In this document: piece after piece, positions 24,317-28,400 of the stretch
How positions within the stretch are numbered: position 1 is the stretch's first letter
Layout of the letters: each line of letters opens with the position of its first letter
Translations under genes and position numbers: made by a program
The notes under the pieces: generated by a model
Database searches by the model: none
Told to the model about the DNA's origin: nothing
The model's input: the letters and a program-made list of their open reading frames with translations, nothing else
NCBI GenBank assembly: GCA_902766115.1
Contig: CACXCL010000257.1
Coordinates: 1 to 28,400 of the forward strand
Source of the DNA: an uncultured Ruminococcus sp.
GTDB lineage: Bacteria; Bacillota; Clostridia; Oscillospirales; CAG-272
DNA: 28,400 nucleotides
Direction: 5' to 3'

Positions 24317-26152
24317 ATGAAAAAGAGAAAAATACGAAGCGCCGCCGTCACGGCGTCGCTGATCCTGTTGTTCCTTGCCGGGCTGTCCCTCGTGCTGTAT
24401 CCTTCCGTCAGCAATTTTCTGAACACCGTCCGTCAGACGAAGGTGATCTCTCATTACTCCGAGACCGTCGGAGAAATCGGCAGCGCAGAATATGAGAGGA
24501 TGCTCGGCGACGCCGGGAAGTACAACGAAAAACTCAGGAAAAACGGCTGGGGCGGCGGCGGGAAGGAGTACGGAGACCTGCTGAACGTGGACGGCAACGG
24601 AATGATCGGGTATATCGAGATCAAAAAGATCGGCGTCACTCTGCCGATCTATCACGGGACGTCGGACAGCGTTCTCGCAGGCGCGGCGGGTCATCTCGAG
24701 GGGACCGGCCTGCCCGTGGGCGGCGAGGGGAACCACGCGGTACTGTCCGGCCACCGGGGACTTCCGGGGGCGAGGCTTTTCACCGATCTTGACAAGCTCG
24801 AGGTCGGCGACGTCTTCGTGATACGGGTGCTGAACGAGGTGCTGACCTACCGTGTGGAACGGGATCCCTTTGCCGTGGAGCCCACGGACACGAAGGATCT
24901 CATGCCGGAGGACGGGCGCGACCTGTGCACTCTCCTGACCTGTACGCCCTACGGAGTCAACACACAGAGGCTCCTCGTCAGAGGAAGCAGGATACCGAAC
25001 GGCGAGGACGCCTCCGGGGTTCGGATCACGTCCGAGGCGGTGACGGCAAAGCCTCTTGCCGTGGCTCCGTTCATTCTCGTGCCGATCCTTCTCATAATAC
25101 TTGCGGCCGCCTGGATCCAGAGCGCCGTGAACACGAAAAAAAATACTCCACGCCGGAGGGTGATGAATATGACGAAAACCAAAACGGTATCTGAAAGGCT
25201 TATTTGCCTGATCCTGCTCTGCTTTGCGGCGCTGTCCGTACTGCGGGCGCCTGTCCGCGCCGGAGACGGCGGAGTTGACGCAGACTGCGGACTCGCGGTG
25301 GATTTTCACGACAGGGAGACGGGAAAGCCGCTCACAGGCGCGGTTTTTGACGCGTACCGTGTCGGAGACACGGACGGGACCGCGGAATGGACTCTCTCGG
25401 GATCCTTCCGTGACGCTCCGGCGGATCCGGACCCGGAGGATCCCGACTCTTGGCAAGCCTGCGCCGGAACACTGGCGGCGGAGGCTATGAAAAAAGGGAT
25501 CTCCCCCTACCTCACCCTCACCGTCGGGGGCGACGGGCTGGCGTCGGCGACGGTAAAAAGCGGAGTGTATCTCCTGGTCGGAAGGTCGTTCACATCTGAC
25601 GGGTCCACCTACGAAACGAAGCCGTTTCTCGTGATACTGCCGTATCAGAACCGGTTTGAAGGGGGAGGCGTCGCCGCCGGCGACGAGCCGCGGTACAGCG
25701 TCATTTCGACTCCGAAGTACGTCAGGAGAGATGCGCCCGGGGGATCGGTCACCAAGGAGGTCGTCGTCAGGTGGGACGACGAGGGCATATCCGGCGACCG
25801 GCCGGAAAAAGTCACGGTCTTCCTCTACAAAAACGGCGTATTGTACGACACGGCGACGGTGGGACCGGAAAACGGCTGGAAATTCGTATGGTTCGGTCTC
25901 GACCCCGCGGGGGAATACGCGGTATCCGAGGAGAAGGTAGACTTTTACCTCACGGAATACGAGACCGACGGAGACACGTTCATCATTACGAATATCAGGA
26001 GACCGTCCCGGGATGACGTACCCGGCGTCCCGCCGATCCAGCCGACCGGTCTGTTGTGGTGGCCGGTCCCGGCGTTCGCAGCCGTCGGGATCGCGCTCTG
26101 CGCCGCGGGACTGACCGTCCGAAGGGCAAAAAGCCGTGAAGACAGCAGATAA
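24317..26152 (+). CDS. srtC: Class C sortase fused in frame to a CnaB-type minor pilin (as sequenced)
   Basis: HLEGTGLPVGG, LSGHRGLP, TLLTCTPYGVNTQRLLVRG and a C-terminal TM helix (first about 275 aa), then a second signal peptide, a CnaB domain (VVVRWDD...RPEKVTVFLYKNG...WKFVW) and IQPTG, TM helix, RR. Confidence 0.85.
   Translation: MKKRKIRSAAVTASLILLFLAGLSLVLYPSVSNFLNTVRQTKVISHYSETVGEIGSAEYERMLGDAGKYNEKLRKNGWGGGGKEYGDLLNVDGNGMIGYIEIKKIGVTLPIYHGTSDSVLAGAAGHLEGTGLPVGGEGNHAVLSGHRGLPGARLFTDLDKLEVGDVFVIRVLNEVLTYRVERDPFAVEPTDTKDLMPEDGRDLCTLLTCTPYGVNTQRLLVRGSRIPNGEDASGVRITSEAVTAKPLAVAPFILVPILLIILAAAWIQSAVNTKKNTPRRRVMNMTKTKTVSERLICLILLCFAALSVLRAPVRAGDGGVDADCGLAVDFHDRETGKPLTGAVFDAYRVGDTDGTAEWTLSGSFRDAPADPDPEDPDSWQACAGTLAAEAMKKGISPYLTLTVGGDGLASATVKSGVYLLVGRSFTSDGSTYETKPFLVILPYQNRFEGGGVAAGDEPRYSVISTPKYVRRDAPGGSVTKEVVVRWDDEGISGDRPEKVTVFLYKNGVLYDTATVGPENGWKFVWFGLDPAGEYAVSEEKVDFYLTEYETDGDTFIITNIRRPSRDDVPGVPPIQPTGLLWWPVPAFAAVGIALCAAGLTVRRAKSREDSR
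25136..25143 (+). repeat. A8 homopolymer at the sortase/pilin junction
   Basis: acg AAAAAAAA tactcc; a one-base change in either direction ends the sortase at TGA 25161-25163 or TGA 25192-25194. Confidence 0.9.
25169..26152 (+). CDS. Minor (basal-type) pilin translatable from its own start inside the fused ORF
   Basis: GGAGG at 25155-25159, ATG at 25163 and 25169, then MTKTKTVSERLICLILLCFAALSVLRAPVRA, a complete signal peptide. Confidence 0.65.
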   Translation: MTKTKTVSERLICLILLCFAALSVLRAPVRAGDGGVDADCGLAVDFHDRETGKPLTGAVFDAYRVGDTDGTAEWTLSGSFRDAPADPDPEDPDSWQACAGTLAAEAMKKGISPYLTLTVGGDGLASATVKSGVYLLVGRSFTSDGSTYETKPFLVILPYQNRFEGGGVAAGDEPRYSVISTPKYVRRDAPGGSVTKEVVVRWDDEGISGDRPEKVTVFLYKNGVLYDTATVGPENGWKFVWFGLDPAGEYAVSEEKVDFYLTEYETDGDTFIITNIRRPSRDDVPGVPPIQPTGLLWWPVPAFAAVGIALCAAGLTVRRAKSREDSR

Positions 26153-26756
26153 AAAGACCGTCGCGGGCGCCGTCCTGATATCGGCGGGGATGCTGTTTGT
26201 GGCGGTTGCCCTGATCCTCGCGGCTCATAACCTGCGGGACACCGCCCGCGCCGGGAGGGCGGCCGCCTCTGTGATGGAAAAGCTGCGCCCGGCGGCGGAA
26301 GCCGCCTCCGCGGAGGCGGGACCCGCGGCGATCCGCGGCGGAGAAGCGTACGAATACGGCGGAACGGTGGATATCGGCGGACAAAAGTATATCGGATACG
26401 TCTCTTTCCCCGATCTCGGGCTGGAGCTGCCGGTCAACGGCGGGTGCGACGAGGAAAAACTTAAGGACGGACCGTGCAGGTATTTCGGCGTGCCGTCCCG
26501 GCCGGGATTCGTGATCTGCGGTCATAATTACACGGTCCACTTCGGGCGGCTCGGGAGCCTGCGGGAGGGCGCCGGGGTGATCTTCACGGATGCTGAGGGA
26601 AAAAGATACGTTTACGAGGTGGTGAAAACGGAGTCGGTCGCTCCCGACGCCGTGCGGTATATGATCTCGGACGAATGGGACCTCACCCTTTACACCTGTA
26701 CCCTGTCCGGAACGGCGAGATACACCGTCCGGTGCAAGCTGGCGGAAAACATGTAA
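26136..26756 (+). CDS. Second sortase (short, class D-like)
   Basis: N-terminal TM helix; VICGHNY (His), LTLYTCT (Cys), ARYTVRC (Arg); GTG start overlaps the upstream gene end. Confidence 0.85.
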   Translation: MKTADKKTVAGAVLISAGMLFVAVALILAAHNLRDTARAGRAAASVMEKLRPAAEAASAEAGPAAIRGGEAYEYGGTVDIGGQKYIGYVSFPDLGLELPVNGGCDEEKLKDGPCRYFGVPSRPGFVICGHNYTVHFGRLGSLREGAGVIFTDAEGKRYVYEVVKTESVAPDAVRYMISDEWDLTLYTCTLSGTARYTVRCKLAENM

Positions 26757-26760
26757 AAGA

Positions 26761-26795
26761 AAAACGGGAGGATATGTTTTATCCTCCCGTTTTTG
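26761..26795 (+). terminator. Rho-independent terminator ending the sortase-pilus operon
   Basis: AAAACGGGAGGATA-tgttt-TATCCTCCCGTTTT followed by further T. Confidence 0.85.
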
Positions 26796-26828
26796 ATCGT
26801 CTCATGAGACTCGGGCAAAGGATCCTCA

Positions 26829-26857
26829 TTGACAACCACCGGAGCGTTTGATATAAT
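26829..26857 (+). promoter_or_regulatory. Perfect-consensus SigA promoter of the TraB/RNase unit
   Basis: TTGACA (26829-26834), 17 nt, TATAAT (26852-26857), with extended -10 TG. Confidence 0.85.
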
Positions 26858-26914
26858 TTTACATAAGGGAATCTTCCCGACAACCGCTTGTAATACGTTT
26901 CCGGAGGGATATCC

Positions 26915-27973
26915 ATGTCAAAGAAATTACTGTCATTCATTCTCGTGCTTGTGCTGATCCTCGCCTCTCTCGCGGGATGTGCGAAGCGTTCCGGCGGCAG
27001 GGCTGAGACCGCGCCGGTCAAAAAGGAGCCTGTGGAAACCGGAGGCGTGCCCTCCGGTCTGCCCGAGACAGACGGACCGGAGCCGGAGCCCGACGGGGAT
27101 ATCTCCCCCGCCCTGTGGCGCGTCACGGACGGAGAGCGAACTCTGTATCTGCTCGGGACCATCCACGTGGGCGACGGAAGGAGCGACGGCGCTCTTGCCG
27201 CCGTCGGAGACCTGTTCGACAAGTGCGACGCCCTGGCGGTGGAGTTCGACATCGTAGCGTTCGAGAACGACCTTACCTCGGCGATAAACGAGATACAACA
27301 GTTCCTCTACACGGACGGAACCACGGTCCGCGACCACATCACGGAGGATCTTTACGAGAGATCCCTCGAGATCATCAAATCGGGCGGCGACTACTCTCCG
27401 CTGTTGGAGAGATACAATCTCGCCATATGGGAGCAGACCCTCGATCAGGCTTTGATCAAGCCCTCAGGGCTCTCCCCCGATTACGGAATGGACGGACTGC
27501 TTCTGGACCGTGCGTATGAGCGCGGCATGGAGATACTCGAGGTTGAATCCGCGCATTTCCAGTACGGACTGATGAACGGTTTTCCTGAAGAGCTGTACGT
27601 TCTGTTGATCGAAGACACAGTCGACAATTCCGACGAGTATCAGGCCGACCTGCAGGAGATGTACGAAACGTGGCTCCGGGGCGATACGGACGCCCTTGAG
27701 GAATTCATCCTCGGTTCCGAGGACGAGCAGGAGCAGGACCTGACCGATGATCAGATCGCCTTGATCGAGGAATACAACCGAAAGATGGGCGAAGAGCGGA
27801 ATCTCGGAATGGCGGACAAAGCCGAGTCGTACCTCAAAAGCGGCAAGACGGTGTTCTTCGCCGTGGGCGCGGCGCACATGCTCGGGGACGCGGGGCTTGT
27901 GAAGCTCCTGACCGACAAGGGATACGAAGTCACGCGGGTCGAGCCGCCGTACCTCCCCACGAACAACGCATGA
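26915..27973 (+). CDS. TraB/GumN (Tiki-like) family lipoprotein, putative metalloprotease
   Basis: Lipobox LAGC; Pro/Glu linker; LYLLGTIHVG, LAVEFD, ERNLGMA, FFAVGAAHMLG; RBS GGAGGGA. Confidence 0.88.
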   Translation: MSKKLLSFILVLVLILASLAGCAKRSGGRAETAPVKKEPVETGGVPSGLPETDGPEPEPDGDISPALWRVTDGERTLYLLGTIHVGDGRSDGALAAVGDLFDKCDALAVEFDIVAFENDLTSAINEIQQFLYTDGTTVRDHITEDLYERSLEIIKSGGDYSPLLERYNLAIWEQTLDQALIKPSGLSPDYGMDGLLLDRAYERGMEILEVESAHFQYGLMNGFPEELYVLLIEDTVDNSDEYQADLQEMYETWLRGDTDALEEFILGSEDEQEQDLTDDQIALIEEYNRKMGEERNLGMADKAESYLKSGKTVFFAVGAAHMLGDAGLVKLLTDKGYEVTRVEPPYLPTNNA

Positions 27974-27995
27974 TCGAAAGGCATGATGATCAGGT

Positions 27996-28400
27996 ATGAA
28001 GAAAAAAATGAGACGGACAATCGCGCTGCTACTGGTGCTCCTGACCGCGGTCGGGGCGCTGCTCACGTCGTGCGCTCCGGCGAAAAAAAGAAGCGGGCGC
28101 GAGGCAAATGAGCCGAAGCAGACGGTGGAGGTCGTGACCGAACCCGCGACGGAAGCCCGACGGGACGACTCGAAAGAGACGAAAAAAGAGGCGAAAAAAG
28201 AGACCGGAAAACCGGATGAGAAGATCCCGGACGAGAACGGCTCCTACACGTCGAAGGATGACGTGGCGCTGTATATCCACGTCTACGGCAAACTCCCGAA
28301 CAACTTTATCACCAAGAAGGAAGCCGAAAAGCTCGGCTGGAGCGGCGGCTCCCTTGAGAACGTCGCGCCGGGCAAGTCCATCGGAGGATCGTATTTCGGC
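27996..28400 (+). CDS. Barnase-like guanyl-specific ribonuclease lipoprotein (partial; absent from the ORF track because it has no stop in the window)
   Basis: My translation: MKKKMRRTIALLLVLLTAVGALLTSC (lipobox), charged linker, then VALYIHVYGKLPNNFITKKEAEKLGWSGGSLENVAPGKSIGG, which matches the barnase motif KLPDNYITKSEAQALGW...VAPGKSIGG. Confidence 0.88.
   Translation, partial: MKKKMRRTIALLLVLLTAVGALLTSCAPAKKRSGREANEPKQTVEVVTEPATEARRDDSKETKKEAKKETGKPDEKIPDENGSYTSKDDVALYIHVYGKLPNNFITKKEAEKLGWSGGSLENVAPGKSIGGSYFG

Noticed and set aside
18346-25456. Minus-strand ORFs 18346-19563, 20290-21066 and 24221-25456
   Set aside because: Shadow ORFs of the G+C-rich pilus genes; Arg/His/Pro-rich sequences without motifs.
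1-28400. Mobile element, prophage, tRNA or rRNA genes
   Set aside because: No transposase, integrase, phage gene, terminal repeats or structural RNA signature seen; the TraB/GumN protein is a Tiki-type family member, not evidence of conjugation.

Overview
A G+C-rich window, probably from a clostridial Bacillota genome (inferred from SigA-type promoters, sortases and SipW), dominated by two surface-fibre loci transcribed head-to-head. Left end: tail of a MATE transporter and a membrane-anchored clostripain (C11) peptidase. Minus strand (18097 to 2910), from a perfect TTGACA-17-TATAAT promoter: sipW, a major SipW-signal (TasA/camelysin-like) subunit, a homologous subunit ending in a PPQTG sortase signal, a second sipW, two further SipW-signal subunits, a catalytically altered Lgt-like membrane protein, and a 2985-aa MBG/YDG-repeat adhesin with no wall anchor. 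Plus strand (18380 to 26795): a sortase pilus locus with LepB-type peptidase, 1206-aa tip pilin, backbone pilin, a class C sortase fused in frame to a minor pilin across a slippery A8 tract, and a second sortase. Right end: a TraB/GumN lipoprotein and a truncated barnase-like RNase lipoprotein. The main hypothesis (inference, untested) is that the minus-strand operon encodes a complete donor-strand-exchange fibre: tip adhesin with a C-terminal donor strand, SipW-matured shaft, and sortase-anchored base. All family calls come from motif recognition by eye; no searches were run.
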